NCBI GenBank assembly: GCA_013152295.1
Contig: JAADGQ010000112.1
Location: 1,977-65,976, forward strand
Origin: Gammaproteobacteria bacterium
GTDB lineage: Bacteria; Pseudomonadota; Gammaproteobacteria; JAADGQ01
Direction: 5' to 3'
Length of the DNA stretch: 64,000 nt
Both the position numbers and the translations under genes were made by a program. Below are positions 36,857-50,709 of this stretch, one piece after another. The first letter of the stretch is position 1, and every line of letters starts with the position of its first letter. Under the pieces are notes generated by a model. The model was not told the origin of the DNA, made no database searches, and was given only the letters and a program-made list of their open reading frames with translations.

Positions 36857-38395
36857 ATGCAATTAAGTGCTTCAGAAATCAGTGAATTAATAAAAAAACG
36901 TATCGAGAGCTTCGAGGTTGTTACCGAAGCGCGTACCGAGGGTACGGTTGTTAGCGTAACCGACGGTATCGTTCGTGTGCATGGTCTGGCTGACGTGATG
37001 CAGGGGGAGATGATTGAGTTTCCCGGTAATACCTATGGTATGGCTCTAAACTTGGAGCGTGACTCCGTTGGTGCTGTTGTCTTGGGTGCTTACGAGCATA
37101 TTTCGGAAGGCGATGCGGTTAAGTGTACCGGTCGTATTCTGGAAGTCCCGGTCGGTGAAGCGATGCTTGGCCGCGTTGTAGACGCGCTGGGTAACCCTAT
37201 CGATGGCAAGGGTCCCATTGATACGAGCGATACTTCACCTATTGAAAAAGTTGCGCCTGGCGTTATTTCACGCCAATCGGTTGATGAGCCTGTACAGACG
37301 GGTTTGAAATCAATCGATGCGATGATTCCTGTGGGTCGTGGACAGCGCGAGTTGATCATTGGCGACCGTCAGACGGGTAAGACCGCTGTCGCGATTGATG
37401 CGATCATCAATCAGAAAGGCACTGGCATCAAGTGTGTTTATGTGGCGATAGGTCAGAAGGCCTCCTCCATCGCTAATGTTGTGCGCAAGCTGGAAGAGCA
37501 CGGCGCGTTGGCACACACGGTCATTGTCTCGGCGGCCGCTTCGGAATCTGCCGCGATGCAGTTTGTTGCGCCTTACGCCGGTTGCGCCATGGGCGAGTAC
37601 TTCCGTGACCGTGGTGAGGATGCGCTGATCGTCTATGATGATCTGACTAAACAGGCTTGGGCGTATCGTCAAGTATCACTGTTACTGCGTCGTCCGCCGG
37701 GTCGAGAAGCGTATCCTGGTGATGTTTTTTACATTCACTCTCGTCTGTTAGAGCGTGCTGCACGAATCAATGCTGAGGAAGTTGAAAAGCTGACGAATGG
37801 CAAAGTGAAGGGCAAGACCGGCTCCTTGACGGCGCTGCCTATCATTGAAACGCAGGCGGGTGACGTATCCGCTTTTGTTCCGACTAATGTGATCTCCATT
37901 ACAGACGGACAGATTTTTCTGGAGACCGACCTGTTTAACTCAGGTATTCGTCCGGCTATTAATGCCGGTCTCTCTGTTTCGCGAGTGGGCGGAGCAGCGC
38001 AGACCAAAATCATCAAGAAGCTGGGTGGTGGTGTGCGTTTGGATCTGGCTCAGTATCGTGAGTTGGCCGCTTTTGCACAGTTTGCTTCTGACTTGGATGA
38101 AACAACGCGCAAGCAGCTCGAGCGTGGCCAGCGTGTCACCGAGCTCATGAAGCAGAAGCAGTACTCGCCATTGAGCATTGCGGAGCAGGGTGTATCGCTC
38201 TACGCTGCTAATGAAGGCTATCTTGACGATGTTGAGATTAGCAAAATTGGTAGTTTCGAGTCGGCGCTGCATTCGTACATGCACTCTAATCAGGCCGATC
38301 TGATGAAGCTGATGGAAGGTGGTGGCTATAACGATGAGATCGCCAGCGGCCTTGCTGCGGCTATTGACGACTTCAAGTCCAACAACGTTTGGTAA
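36857..38395 (+). CDS. atpA: F0F1 ATP synthase subunit alpha
   Basis: 512 aa with Walker [10 protein letters not shown]. Confidence 0.95.
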   Translation: MQLSASEISELIKKRIESFEVVTEARTEGTVVSVTDGIVRVHGLADVMQGEMIEFPGNTYGMALNLERDSVGAVVLGAYEHISEGDAVKCTGRILEVPVGEAMLGRVVDALGNPIDGKGPIDTSDTSPIEKVAPGVISRQSVDEPVQTGLKSIDAMIPVGRGQRELIIGDRQTGKTAVAIDAIINQKGTGIKCVYVAIGQKASSIANVVRKLEEHGALAHTVIVSAAASESAAMQFVAPYAGCAMGEYFRDRGEDALIVYDDLTKQAWAYRQVSLLLRRPPGREAYPGDVFYIHSRLLERAARINAEEVEKLTNGKVKGKTGSLTALPIIETQAGDVSAFVPTNVISITDGQIFLETDLFNSGIRPAINAGLSVSRVGGAAQTKIIKKLGGGVRLDLAQYRELAAFAQFASDLDETTRKQLERGQRVTELMKQKQYSPLSIAEQGVSLYAANEGYLDDVEISKIGSFESALHSYMHSNQADLMKLMEGGGYNDEIASGLAAAIDDFKSNNVW

Positions 38396-38416
38396 TTGAT
38401 AGGAGCTTGATCCGTT

Positions 38417-39280
38417 ATGGCTGTAGGTAAGGAGATTCGCACCAAGATCACGAGTGTTAAAAGCACTCAAAAGATCACCCGAGCGATGGAGATGGTTGCT
38501 GCCAGCAAAATGCGCAAGGCTCAGGAGCGCATGCAGGCTTCGCGCCCCTATGCGCAGAAGATGTATTCAGTGATCGGTCACTTGGCGCACGCGTCCCCCG
38601 AATATAAACACCCATATCTGCAGGAGCATGAGCAGGTCAAGAACGTGGGTTATATCTTGGTGAGTTCTGATCGTGGTTTATGTGGTGGCTTGAACCCGAA
38701 CCTTTTTCGTGCGCTGATTGGTGCGATGAAAGAGTGGGATGAGCAAGGTGTTGGCGTCAGTGTTGCCGCTATCGGTAGCAAAGGGGTCAGTTATTGTGAG
38801 CGCCTTGGTGCCAATATTCGGGCTCAGATTTCCCATTTGGGGGATGCTCCTCAGGTAGCGGACTTGATCGGTACGGTGAAGGTGATGCTCGATGCCTATG
38901 ATAGCGGTGAGATTGATCGCCTGTATCTGGTCTATAACGAGTTCGTTAATACGATGACTCAGAGTCCCGAAGTGAAGCAGCTGTTGCCGATCGTGCCTAG
39001 CGATGATGAGGAGCTGAAGCATCGTTGGGATTACATCTACGAGCCGGAAGCCAAAGATGCGCTCGACGCACTGATGGTGCGCTATATTGAATCGCTGGTT
39101 TACCAAGGGGTTGTTGAAAACGCAGCCTGTGAGCAGGCTGCCCGCATGGTGGCGATGAAGAGCGCTTCTGATAACGCTGGTGATGTCATCAACGAGCTTC
39201 AGTTGGTCTACAACAAGGCCCGTCAGGCTGCAATTACACAGGAAATTTCTGAAATTGTCGGTGGTGCGGCTGCGGTATAA
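38417..39280 (+). CDS. atpG: F0F1 ATP synthase subunit gamma
   Basis: 287 aa; N-terminus [36 protein letters not shown]. Confidence 0.92.
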   Translation: MAVGKEIRTKITSVKSTQKITRAMEMVAASKMRKAQERMQASRPYAQKMYSVIGHLAHASPEYKHPYLQEHEQVKNVGYILVSSDRGLCGGLNPNLFRALIGAMKEWDEQGVGVSVAAIGSKGVSYCERLGANIRAQISHLGDAPQVADLIGTVKVMLDAYDSGEIDRLYLVYNEFVNTMTQSPEVKQLLPIVPSDDEELKHRWDYIYEPEAKDALDALMVRYIESLVYQGVVENAACEQAARMVAMKSASDNAGDVINELQLVYNKARQAAITQEISEIVGGAAAV

Positions 39281-39351
39281 ATTCAATTATCCATTTGGTG
39301 GGCAGAGCAGCTATAAGCATGGTTTGCCAATCGCCGCTGAACACTTTTTGA

Positions 39352-40746
<1,395 letters not shown>

Positions 40747-40838
40747 ATCTTGATTGGGCAACCCTGTTAAAGGGTCTGCCGGTTTATGGTTTTTTGTGAG
40801 CTACGCCCGGCTGTCGATCTGGTTTATTGGAGTAGAAT

Positions 40839-41264
40839 ATGGCAATGAGCATGCACGTTGATATCGTCAGCGCTGAGGCTGAAATTTATTCAGGTAGCGC
40901 AGAGATGGTATTCGCACCCGGTGAGATGGGTGAGCTTGGTATTATGCCCAGGCATACCCCGCTGTTGACGAAGTTAGTGCCGGGGGAAGTCAGGATTCAG
41001 ACTGCTGATGGGAACGAAGAGTCGGTCTATATCTCGGGCGGGATGTTAGAGATTCAGCCTCATGTTGTGACTGTTTTGTCAGATACTGCATTGCGTGCCT
41101 CGGATCTTGATGAAGCGGCAGCCATGGAGGCCAAGCAGAGGGCGGAACAAGCGATTAAAGATCGTAATTCTGAAATAGATTTTGCGAAGGCTGAAATGGA
41201 GTTGGCTGAAGCGGTTGCCCAATTGAGAATGTTGCAGCAGCTGCGCAAGAAGACGGGGCGCTGA
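40839..41264 (+). CDS. atpC: F0F1 ATP synthase subunit epsilon
   Basis: 141 aa; N-terminal beta-sandwich ([14 protein letters not shown]) and C-terminal helical hairpin. Confidence 0.88.
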   Translation: MAMSMHVDIVSAEAEIYSGSAEMVFAPGEMGELGIMPRHTPLLTKLVPGEVRIQTADGNEESVYISGGMLEIQPHVVTVLSDTALRASDLDEAAAMEAKQRAEQAIKDRNSEIDFAKAEMELAEAVAQLRMLQQLRKKTGR

Positions 41265-41300
41265 GCAGGACAGACTACCCACTCCCGGTAGTTCTCTGTT

Positions 41301-41329
41301 GCAAAAGGCCGTCTTTGATGGCCTTTTGC
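41301..41329 (+). terminator. intrinsic terminator after the atp operon
   Basis: gcaaaaggcc (41301-41310), 9-nt loop, ggccttttgc (41320-41329); weak T-tract downstream. Confidence 0.55.
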
Positions 41330-41541
41330 ACGTCTGGGTTTTAAGTTTATAGTATTTATTCTCTTGCTTATCACGGTATGCCGAGTTGATGCGAATTTGC
41401 TCCTTGGCTGGCGAAGCTCCCCATAAAAACATCTCATACAACTTGACGAATCATCTGCCCGTTTTCGAGGGTGTAGTAAAGTATTTTTCTGAGCGCCGAT
41501 AGTTAAGTGCCGATACGTAAATCTAGATTAGGATATCCACC

Positions 41542-42912
41542 ATGAGTCTAAGTGTCGTTATTCTCGCCGCAGGTCAAGGCACCCGCATGCGTTCTAGTCT
41601 ACCCAAGGTTTTGCACTCCATTGGAGGTAAGCCTCTGTTGGAGCATGTCATTAATGCTGCAGAATCGCTGAACGCAGACAGCATTCATGTGGTATACGGG
41701 CATGGTGGCGAGTATGTGAAGGAACAGCTGAGTGGCTATAAGAGGTTAGGATGGATCGAACAGGCTGAGCAGTTGGGGACCGGGCACGCCGTTGCTCAAG
41801 CCCTACCCAATATCGAGACCCATAATACGGTTTTGATTTTATACGGTGATGTGCCGCTGATCGCTGTCGATACTTTGCAGACGTTAATCGATGCAACCGA
41901 TGGGGGCGCATCGATGGGGTTGTTGACCGCAACGTTGGATAACCCTCAAGGCTATGGCCGCATCGTACGTGATGCGAGCGGTGCAGTGGCGGCTATTGTT
42001 GAGGAGAAAGACACCACTGTTGAGCAGAAGCAGATTAACGAAATTAATACTGGAATGTTGGCCGTCGCGGGCGAACACTTACATCGTTGGTTGCCTGCTT
42101 TGAGCAATAAAAACAGCCAAGGTGAATACTACCTGACGGACATTATTGCCATGGCGGTTGAGGATGGCATCAAAGTTAATACCACCGCCCCAGCTCGGCT
42201 CAGCGAGATCTGCGGCGTCAACAATAAACTTCAGCTGGCTGAGCTGGAGCGGGAGTATCAGAGCGCGCAGGCGCGTCGCTTGATGACGGAGGGGGTGACC
42301 ATGCTCGACCCCGCCCGCTTTGATCTGCGCGGCGAATTGACTGTTGGACGAGATGTGGTGATCGATGCCAATGTCATTATTGAGGGTCGTGTCGAGCTGG
42401 GTAGTGGCGTGAGCATCGGTGCTAATACGTTGATTAAGGATTGCCGCATTAGCGACGATGTCACCATCCTCAGCCATTGTGTGCTTGAGCAGTCCGATAT
42501 AGGTCAGGCGTGCCACATCGGCCCGTACTCGCGTATTCGCCCCGATACTGTCCTTGCCGAAAAGTCCCGTATCGGCAATTTTGTCGAGATCAAAAAAGCA
42601 ACGATTGGTTATGGTTCCAAGGTTAACCATTTGAGTTATGTGGGCGATGCTGAGATTGGGAAAGGCGTGAATATTGGTGCTGGCACCATCACATGTAATT
42701 ACGATGGTGCCAATAAACACAAAACAATCATCGAGGATTATGCGTTCATCGGTTCAGATACTCAGCTGGTTGCGCCTGTTAAAGTTGGGCGGGGGGCGAC
42801 GGTTGGCGCAGGTTCTACCATTCGTAAAGATGTGCCCGATAATGAATTGACCCTGAGCCGAGCGCCACAAACGACACGTGCCGGCTGGAAGCGTCCGACT
42901 AAAAATTCATAA
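41542..42912 (+). CDS. glmU: bifunctional UDP-N-acetylglucosamine pyrophosphorylase / glucosamine-1-phosphate N-acetyltransferase
   Basis: N-terminal nucleotidyltransferase (VVILAAGQGTRMRS) and C-terminal left-handed beta-helix hexapeptide repeats. The atp-glmU-glmS order matches E. coli. Confidence 0.92.
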   Translation: MSLSVVILAAGQGTRMRSSLPKVLHSIGGKPLLEHVINAAESLNADSIHVVYGHGGEYVKEQLSGYKRLGWIEQAEQLGTGHAVAQALPNIETHNTVLILYGDVPLIAVDTLQTLIDATDGGASMGLLTATLDNPQGYGRIVRDASGAVAAIVEEKDTTVEQKQINEINTGMLAVAGEHLHRWLPALSNKNSQGEYYLTDIIAMAVEDGIKVNTTAPARLSEICGVNNKLQLAELEREYQSAQARRLMTEGVTMLDPARFDLRGELTVGRDVVIDANVIIEGRVELGSGVSIGANTLIKDCRISDDVTILSHCVLEQSDIGQACHIGPYSRIRPDTVLAEKSRIGNFVEIKKATIGYGSKVNHLSYVGDAEIGKGVNIGAGTITCNYDGANKHKTIIEDYAFIGSDTQLVAPVKVGRGATVGAGSTIRKDVPDNELTLSRAPQTTRAGWKRPTKNS

Positions 42913-43032
42913 CGATGAATGCCATGACGGGGTTTGCTGGCAGAACTGTTTTTATGACTGAGTCGGGCGTTATTACTGCGTCTCCCCTACGTCTTGATTG
43001 ACGTATAAATATATAGAATAAGGAACAGCATC

Positions 43033-44865
43033 ATGTGCGGCATTATCGGTGCAGTAGCAGAACGCGACGTTATCCAGATTTTGATTGAAGGGTTGAAACG
43101 GCTTGAGTACCGTGGTTATGACTCTTCCGGTGTGGCAGCTATCGACGGCGATGGCTGCCTGAATCGGGTGCGTGCTGAAGGAAAAGTAGCACAGCTCGAG
43201 AGCGAGCTTGCCCGCTCTCCGCTGTCGGGTCGTAGCGGGATTGCGCACACCCGCTGGGCAACCCATGGTAAACCCAGCGAGCGCAATGCGCACCCTCATG
43301 TGTGTCGCAAGATGGTTGCTGTTGTTCACAATGGAATTATCGAGAACCACGAAGCATTGCGCAGTGAGCAAAAGCAGCGTGGCTTTGAGTTTACTTCTGA
43401 AACTGATACCGAAGTGGTTGTTCATCAAATCCACGGCCATATGAGTGCGGGTAAGAGTCTGCTGGCTGCGGTTCAACAATCGGTTGTTGAGTTTGAAGGC
43501 GCCTATGCGCTTGGCGTGATCAGCAACGAAGATCCTTCGCGTTTGATCGCGGCGCGGCGCGGCAGTCCGTTGGTGATCGGTGTGGGTATTGGTGAATATT
43601 TTATCGCCTCTGATGTGGCTGCGTTATTGCCAGTCACACAACGCTTTATTTTTCTCGAAGATGGAGACACTGCAGAGCTGACTCGGGACAGTTTGACCAT
43701 TTATAACGAGGCGGGTGAAGTTGTAGAGCGACCGCTACGTGTTAGTGAGCTGAATGCCGAAGCGGTGGAGCGAGGCGAGTTTCGCCACTACATGTTGAAG
43801 GAGATTTTTGAGCAACCACAAGCGATTGCTGACACGTTGGAAGGGCGTATCAGCGGCCAAAAGGTGCTGGAAGAGGCATTTGGTCCACGCGCGAGTGAGA
43901 TATTCGATGCCGTGCAAGGTGTTCATATCATCGCTTGCGGAACCAGCTACCATGCAGGATTGATTGCCCGGCACTGGTTGGAGACGATTGCAGGCATCCC
44001 ATGCAGCGTAGAGGTAGCGAGCGAATTTCGCTATCGCCGCCCCGTGGTGAGGCGTAACTCGCTGGTGGTGACTATCTCTCAATCAGGGGAGACTGCAGAT
44101 ACGTTGGCGGGCTTGCAAGAGGCGAAGCGTCGAGGCTTTGGTTATGCGCTGGCGATCTGTAACGTGCCGGAAAGCTCGCTGGTGCGTGAGTCTGATTTGG
44201 TGATGATGACGCGCGCTGGCCCTGAGATCGGCGTGGCATCAACCAAAGCGTTTACCACGCAGTTAGTCGCGCTGCTATTGCTGGTGGCTGTATTGGGACG
44301 TCGTCACGGCATGTCGGAACAGACTGAGATCAGCTTGGTTGAGCAGCTGTTGAGCCTGCCTCACGCTGTGGAGAAAGCGCTTGCGCTGGATCGTGAAATT
44401 AATGAGTTGGCGGAGCTGTTTGCCGATAAACACCACGCCCTGTTTTTAGGGCGCGGTGTACAGTACCCCGTTGCCATGGAGGGCGCGCTTAAGCTAAAAG
44501 AGATCTCCTATATTCACGCCGAAGCCTATCCCGCAGGCGAATTAAAGCACGGACCGCTGGCGCTGGTGGATGCGGACATGCCGGTCATTGCTGTTGCGCC
44601 GAATGATGAGCTGTTGGATAAGCTCAAATCCAATCTTCAAGAGGTGAGTGCGCGCGGTGGAGAGTTGTACGTGTTTGCCGACGAGGCTGTTGACATGGGT
44701 GATGGACAGAATATCCGTGTCGTTCGTGTTGCTCCGACGGACAATACGATCGCGCCGATTGTCTATACGATACCCCTGCAACTGCTCTCCTACCATGTGG
44801 CGGTACTCAAGGGCACTGATGTCGATCAGCCGCGCAACCTTGCTAAATCGGTAACGGTTGAATAG
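43033..44865 (+). CDS. glmS: glutamine--fructose-6-phosphate aminotransferase
   Basis: Starts MCGIIGAV (Cys2 nucleophile). 610 aa with two SIS domains, ending ...KSVTVE. Confidence 0.95.
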   Translation: MCGIIGAVAERDVIQILIEGLKRLEYRGYDSSGVAAIDGDGCLNRVRAEGKVAQLESELARSPLSGRSGIAHTRWATHGKPSERNAHPHVCRKMVAVVHNGIIENHEALRSEQKQRGFEFTSETDTEVVVHQIHGHMSAGKSLLAAVQQSVVEFEGAYALGVISNEDPSRLIAARRGSPLVIGVGIGEYFIASDVAALLPVTQRFIFLEDGDTAELTRDSLTIYNEAGEVVERPLRVSELNAEAVERGEFRHYMLKEIFEQPQAIADTLEGRISGQKVLEEAFGPRASEIFDAVQGVHIIACGTSYHAGLIARHWLETIAGIPCSVEVASEFRYRRPVVRRNSLVVTISQSGETADTLAGLQEAKRRGFGYALAICNVPESSLVRESDLVMMTRAGPEIGVASTKAFTTQLVALLLLVAVLGRRHGMSEQTEISLVEQLLSLPHAVEKALALDREINELAELFADKHHALFLGRGVQYPVAMEGALKLKEISYIHAEAYPAGELKHGPLALVDADMPVIAVAPNDELLDKLKSNLQEVSARGGELYVFADEAVDMGDGQNIRVVRVAPTDNTIAPIVYTIPLQLLSYHVAVLKGTDVDQPRNLAKSVTVE

Positions 44866-44902
44866 CGCTGGCAGAGGTTGATAGCGTTAAGCCGGTCTCT
44901 GG

Positions 44903-47353
44903 CTAGAAAAGCTGTTGCTCTTCAGTGGTGCCCCCTTCGTTGCTGGATGAGCCTTCGCTACTTTGGCTTTGGGCTTGCGGCGGCTCGGCATGCTGTTGAG
45001 GCATGTTTTCTACGCGAAACGTCTCAAAAATAGCATTTTTCTGGCCAGCGTAGGCCAATAGACCGGTTTTTGGGTCGATGCGTACTGTAGTGAGTCCGGG
45101 TGGTCGCTCTAGGTAGTTCTCCGGGGTTCCTTTAAGCGCTTCGCGCATGTAGCTGACCCACATAGGTAGTGCGGCACGACCGCCGGTTTCGCGAGCGCCG
45201 AGGGGCATCCCTTTGTCAAATCCGACCCAGCAAATAGTGGCTACTTTGCTGTTGAATCCAGCGAACCAGGCGTCTCGTTGGTCGTTTGTCGTCCCCGTCT
45301 TACCTGCAATATCGGCGCGGCCCAATGCTTTGGCGCGCACCCCAGTGCCGCGCTGAATAACATCGCGCATCATGCTGGTAATAAGGTAAGCGTTTTGGGG
45401 GCTGATGACGCGCTCAGCGATGTTGACGTCATCGGGCACCGAAAATTGGGCGGCGTCATCTATGGTGGCGCTGTTGCCGTCAGATGTTAGCTCACCAATG
45501 CATTCGGGGCAGACGATTGTGGGCTTGCTTTGCATGATGGTTTCGCCATTGGCTGCTTCTATGCGCTCGATGAAGTAGGGGGGGATACGGTATCCGCCGC
45601 TGGCCAGAACGGCATATGCCTGGGCCATGTTCCATGGTGTGACGGCGCCGCTGCCTAGCGCTAGCGATAGATTCTTGGGCAATTTATTGCGGTCGAAGCC
45701 AAAACGAGAGATGTAGTTAACCGTGTACGAAATGCCGATGCTTCTCAGCAGCCGGATGGAAACAAGGTTGCGTGACTTGATTAATGCCTGGCGCAACCGG
45801 GTCGGTCCATAAAAGCGCCCACTATAGTTCTCGGGTCGCCAAACGCTTTCCAGGGCGGAGTCTTCGAATACGACGGGGGCATCATTGATCAGGCTTGCTG
45901 GGTGGTAGCCTTTCTCCAGTGCAGCAGAGTATATCAACGGTTTAAAGCTTGAGCCGGGTTGGCGGGTGGCTTGTGTTACGCGGTTAAAGCGGCTCTTGTT
46001 GAAATCGTAGCCGCCGACCAACGCGATGACATGACCATCTTCCGGATCGACAGATATCAAAGCACCCTCGACTCTTGGGGTTTGGGCGAGGAGCCACTGC
46101 TGCTCTGTATCTTTCTCCAGCAGGATGATGTCACCTGCTGTAGCGATGTCGGATGCTTTTTTGGGTGCTGGACCGCGTCGGTCGGTGCTGATGTAGCGGC
46201 GTGCCCAAGAGAGTCCTTGCCATGCGATCTCGGCACTCTCCCCAGACGATAATATCGCGCTGATTTTTTGGTCGGCGACCTCCAGCACGAGAGCGGGCGT
46301 GAGCGCGCCGAAGGATGGTAAAGACTTTAAACGTTGTTGCTGCTGCTCAGTTTGTTGCAGGGTATCCAGATCTATATGGCCGATAGCGCCCCGGTAACCG
46401 TGGCGCCTCTCGTACGCGACGAGGGCTCTGCTTAGCGCCGTATCGGCGGCAGTTTGCAGACGACTGTCGATGGTCGTGATAACTTTATAGCCCGCTGTAT
46501 AGGTGGTTTCTCCGAACTTTTTCAAAGCTGCAATGCGGGCCATTTCGGCAATATGCGGTGCCTTGGTTTCGATTGACAGATCGTGGAGTTGAGCGTCATC
46601 CGCCTGGCTCAGCGCATTGGCCATTGTCTCTTTGGATATGTAATCCAGTTGGCCCATGCGGCGCAGTATGTAGTTACGGCGAATAAGTGCTCTGTCAGGG
46701 TTGGCAACAGGGTTAAATCTAGATGGTGCTTTTGGCAGACCGGCGATCATCGCCATTTGGGCAGTGGATAGTTCTGCCATTTTGGCGTCGTAGTAGACCT
46801 GAGCGGCGGCGGCCACACCGTAGGCGCGCTTGCCCAAATATATCTTATTCAGATAGAGCTCAAGTATCTCCTCTTTGCTGAGCTGTTTTTCGATCTTAAG
46901 CGCTAGCAAAATCTCGTTGAATTTGCGCAAGTAGGTTTTCTCTTTGCTGAGAAAGAAGTTGCGTGCTACCTGCATGGTGATCGTGCTACCACCTTGCCCT
47001 TTCTTACCGGTTTTAATGAGGTGAACGGCGGCTCGCAATAGCCCCTGAAAATCAACGCCGGGGTGGCTGAAAAAGCGGTCGTCCTCCGCAGCAAGTATCG
47101 CCTTGATCATCAGCGGTGGGATTTCGACGTACTCCAATGGCGAACGCTTCATCTCACCAAATTCGCCAATGAGCTTGTTGTCACGGCTGTAGACTCGCAA
47201 TGGGGTTTGCAGCTGAACGTCTTTTAAACTCTCAATGGAAGGTAGTTTGGGGGAGAGGTAAAAATAGATGCCGGCCGAGATAGCGCATCCGATGACGATC
47301 ATGGTCGCTGCCGTGAGCGCCATGTAACGCAGCATCCTTGGTATAAGTTTCAT
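44903..47353 (-). CDS. mrcA: penicillin-binding protein 1A (bifunctional glycosyltransferase/transpeptidase)
   Basis: 816 aa. N-terminal anchor, GT51 motifs (EDDRFFSHPGVD, GGSTITMQVARN), transpeptidase motifs (SSFKP, SRN, KTGT). Divergent from pilM as in Pseudomonas and Neisseria. Confidence 0.9.
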   Translation of the reverse strand: MKLIPRMLRYMALTAATMIVIGCAISAGIYFYLSPKLPSIESLKDVQLQTPLRVYSRDNKLIGEFGEMKRSPLEYVEIPPLMIKAILAAEDDRFFSHPGVDFQGLLRAAVHLIKTGKKGQGGSTITMQVARNFFLSKEKTYLRKFNEILLALKIEKQLSKEEILELYLNKIYLGKRAYGVAAAAQVYYDAKMAELSTAQMAMIAGLPKAPSRFNPVANPDRALIRRNYILRRMGQLDYISKETMANALSQADDAQLHDLSIETKAPHIAEMARIAALKKFGETTYTAGYKVITTIDSRLQTAADTALSRALVAYERRHGYRGAIGHIDLDTLQQTEQQQQRLKSLPSFGALTPALVLEVADQKISAILSSGESAEIAWQGLSWARRYISTDRRGPAPKKASDIATAGDIILLEKDTEQQWLLAQTPRVEGALISVDPEDGHVIALVGGYDFNKSRFNRVTQATRQPGSSFKPLIYSAALEKGYHPASLINDAPVVFEDSALESVWRPENYSGRFYGPTRLRQALIKSRNLVSIRLLRSIGISYTVNYISRFGFDRNKLPKNLSLALGSGAVTPWNMAQAYAVLASGGYRIPPYFIERIEAANGETIMQSKPTIVCPECIGELTSDGNSATIDDAAQFSVPDDVNIAERVISPQNAYLITSMMRDVIQRGTGVRAKALGRADIAGKTGTTNDQRDAWFAGFNSKVATICWVGFDKGMPLGARETGGRAALPMWVSYMREALKGTPENYLERPPGLTTVRIDPKTGLLAYAGQKNAIFETFRVENMPQQHAEPPQAQSQSSEGSSSNEGGTTEEQQLF

Positions 47354-47701
47354 ATAGTTAGCGTTGGGTTTTGATCTGGTTCATGAGGAGTGGTAAGGTT
47401 CAGTATAGACTTTGTACTCCCCTTGCACCAATCCTCCCCCATGTTGAAATAGAAGCGGATGAGGTGAGTTGCGCTTTATGTTTTCGGAGTGAGCATTTGT
47501 TATTTGCGGGTTGCCTAAAGGCCGATGCCGAGCAGGGGTGCAGGAGCGCTTGCAACGGGTCGATAACAGGGTGATTTGCTGTGTTATGAAAACCTGATAA
47601 TGGGTCCCACTTTGTTGATTTACAGTAAAGTTTTGTTTCTAATGTGCCGTAGGAGATGTGGTAGTCTTCGTTACATGTGTGCGTCTATCTGAGGTGGTTA
47701 A

Positions 47702-49339
<1,638 letters not shown>

Positions 49340-49343
<4 letters not shown>

Positions 49344-49948
49344 ATTGGTCTGAGCTGCAAAATCTTGACTTGAGCGAGGTGGGAGACTGGCCAGTACCCA
49401 TCAAAACAGGTGCGGTTATTCTTGTTTGTGCTGCGGTGCTCGCTGCAGGTGTGTGGTTTGATGCGCGCGAGCAGATGACAGTTTTGGAGAGCGCTCAAAA
49501 AAAAGAGATCGAAATTAAAGAAGAGTACGAGATTAAGCAGCACAAAGCGGCAAACCTTGAAGATTACAAAGAGCAGATGGTGGAGATGGAGCGTGATTTT
49601 GGCACCATGTTGCGGCAGTTGCCGAGCAAAACAGAGGTTGCGGAGCTGCTGGTTGATATTTCGCAGGCAGGTCTGAGTAACGGCTTGGAGTTTGAGCTGT
49701 TCAAACCTGAACGAGAAAAGCCTATCGAGTTCTACGCAGAATTACCGATAAAAATAGTAGTTAAGGGCTCGTATCATGAGTTTGGCAAGTTTGTCAGTGA
49801 TGTTGTTGCACTGCCCCGTATTGTCACTTTGCAAGATATTTCTATAAAGAAAAAAGATGATAAATCTAAAGAGTTAACGATGAATGCGACGGCGACGACA
49901 TACCGCTACTTTGAGGAAGAGAGTGAAGAGGGCGATGCAGGTGGATAG
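49340..49948 (+). CDS. pilO: type IV pilus inner-membrane component PilO
   Basis: Overlaps the pilN stop (ATGA). Single TM then periplasmic domain, 202 aa. Confidence 0.85.
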
Positions 49949-49960
49949 GGTAAGTCGGTC

Positions 49961-50506
49961 GTGATTTTTCATGCCAATAGAGTGATTATGGTTGGGCTTG
50001 CTGTGAGCGTGCTCTTGCTGAGTGGCTGCGGTGGCGACAACCTGAATGATCTGCGCGATTATGTTGCGGAGGTTCAGTCGCGGCAAAAGGGGCGGATTCC
50101 ACCGCTCCCTGTTGTGCGTCCGTTTGAGCGTTTTGTTTACGACGCTGAAGAGATGCGCGCGCCCTTTGCCAGTTGGTTTGTGGCATTGACAGATGCACCT
50201 GCCGAGAATGGTGAAAGGGATGCTTCTTCCATTCATCCTGATGAGGTACGTAATCGTGAGCCTCTGGAGCGATTTTCGTTGCAGACACTGAGAATTGTTG
50301 GCACGTTGGCTATGGAGAACGAGCGATGGGCTCTGATCAAGTCGCCAAAAGGTATTGTCTCAAGGGTACGACGTGGCAACTATATTGGTCAAAACCACGG
50401 TCAAATCATGCGCATTGATGAGAACGAAATTGAGCTCAAAGAGATTGTGCGGGATGGGCTGGATGGTTGGCAGGAGCGGCAAGTCGTATTGGTACTCGTC
50501 GAATGA
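49961..50506 (+). CDS. pilP: type IV pilus lipoprotein PilP
   Basis: Lipobox LLLSGCGG and PilP-type C-terminal beta domain. Start may be the internal ATG at 49988. Confidence 0.8.
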   Translation: MIFHANRVIMVGLAVSVLLLSGCGGDNLNDLRDYVAEVQSRQKGRIPPLPVVRPFERFVYDAEEMRAPFASWFVALTDAPAENGERDASSIHPDEVRNREPLERFSLQTLRIVGTLAMENERWALIKSPKGIVSRVRRGNYIGQNHGQIMRIDENEIELKEIVRDGLDGWQERQVVLVLVE

Positions 50507-50709
50507 GAGCGGTAGGTTGATAGTGAATGGTCTCTTTTTGGGCTCGGATGACGCGATGCTTGATCGCAATAAAGTACGCCCGCGTGACGGGTCGTGCGAT
50601 ACAAATCACAGGAAATGTTATGCATACGTCGTATTTGGCCTCTGATCTCACCTCTGATCCGAATAGTGCGGTGCACTCGACCTCCCTCCGAGAGAGAGGT
50701 AGTCGCACG

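Noticed and set aside
44866-44902. Possible terminator hairpin between convergent glmS and mrcA.
   Set aside because: Only a partial, mismatched inverted repeat in the 37-nt gap; too weak to call.
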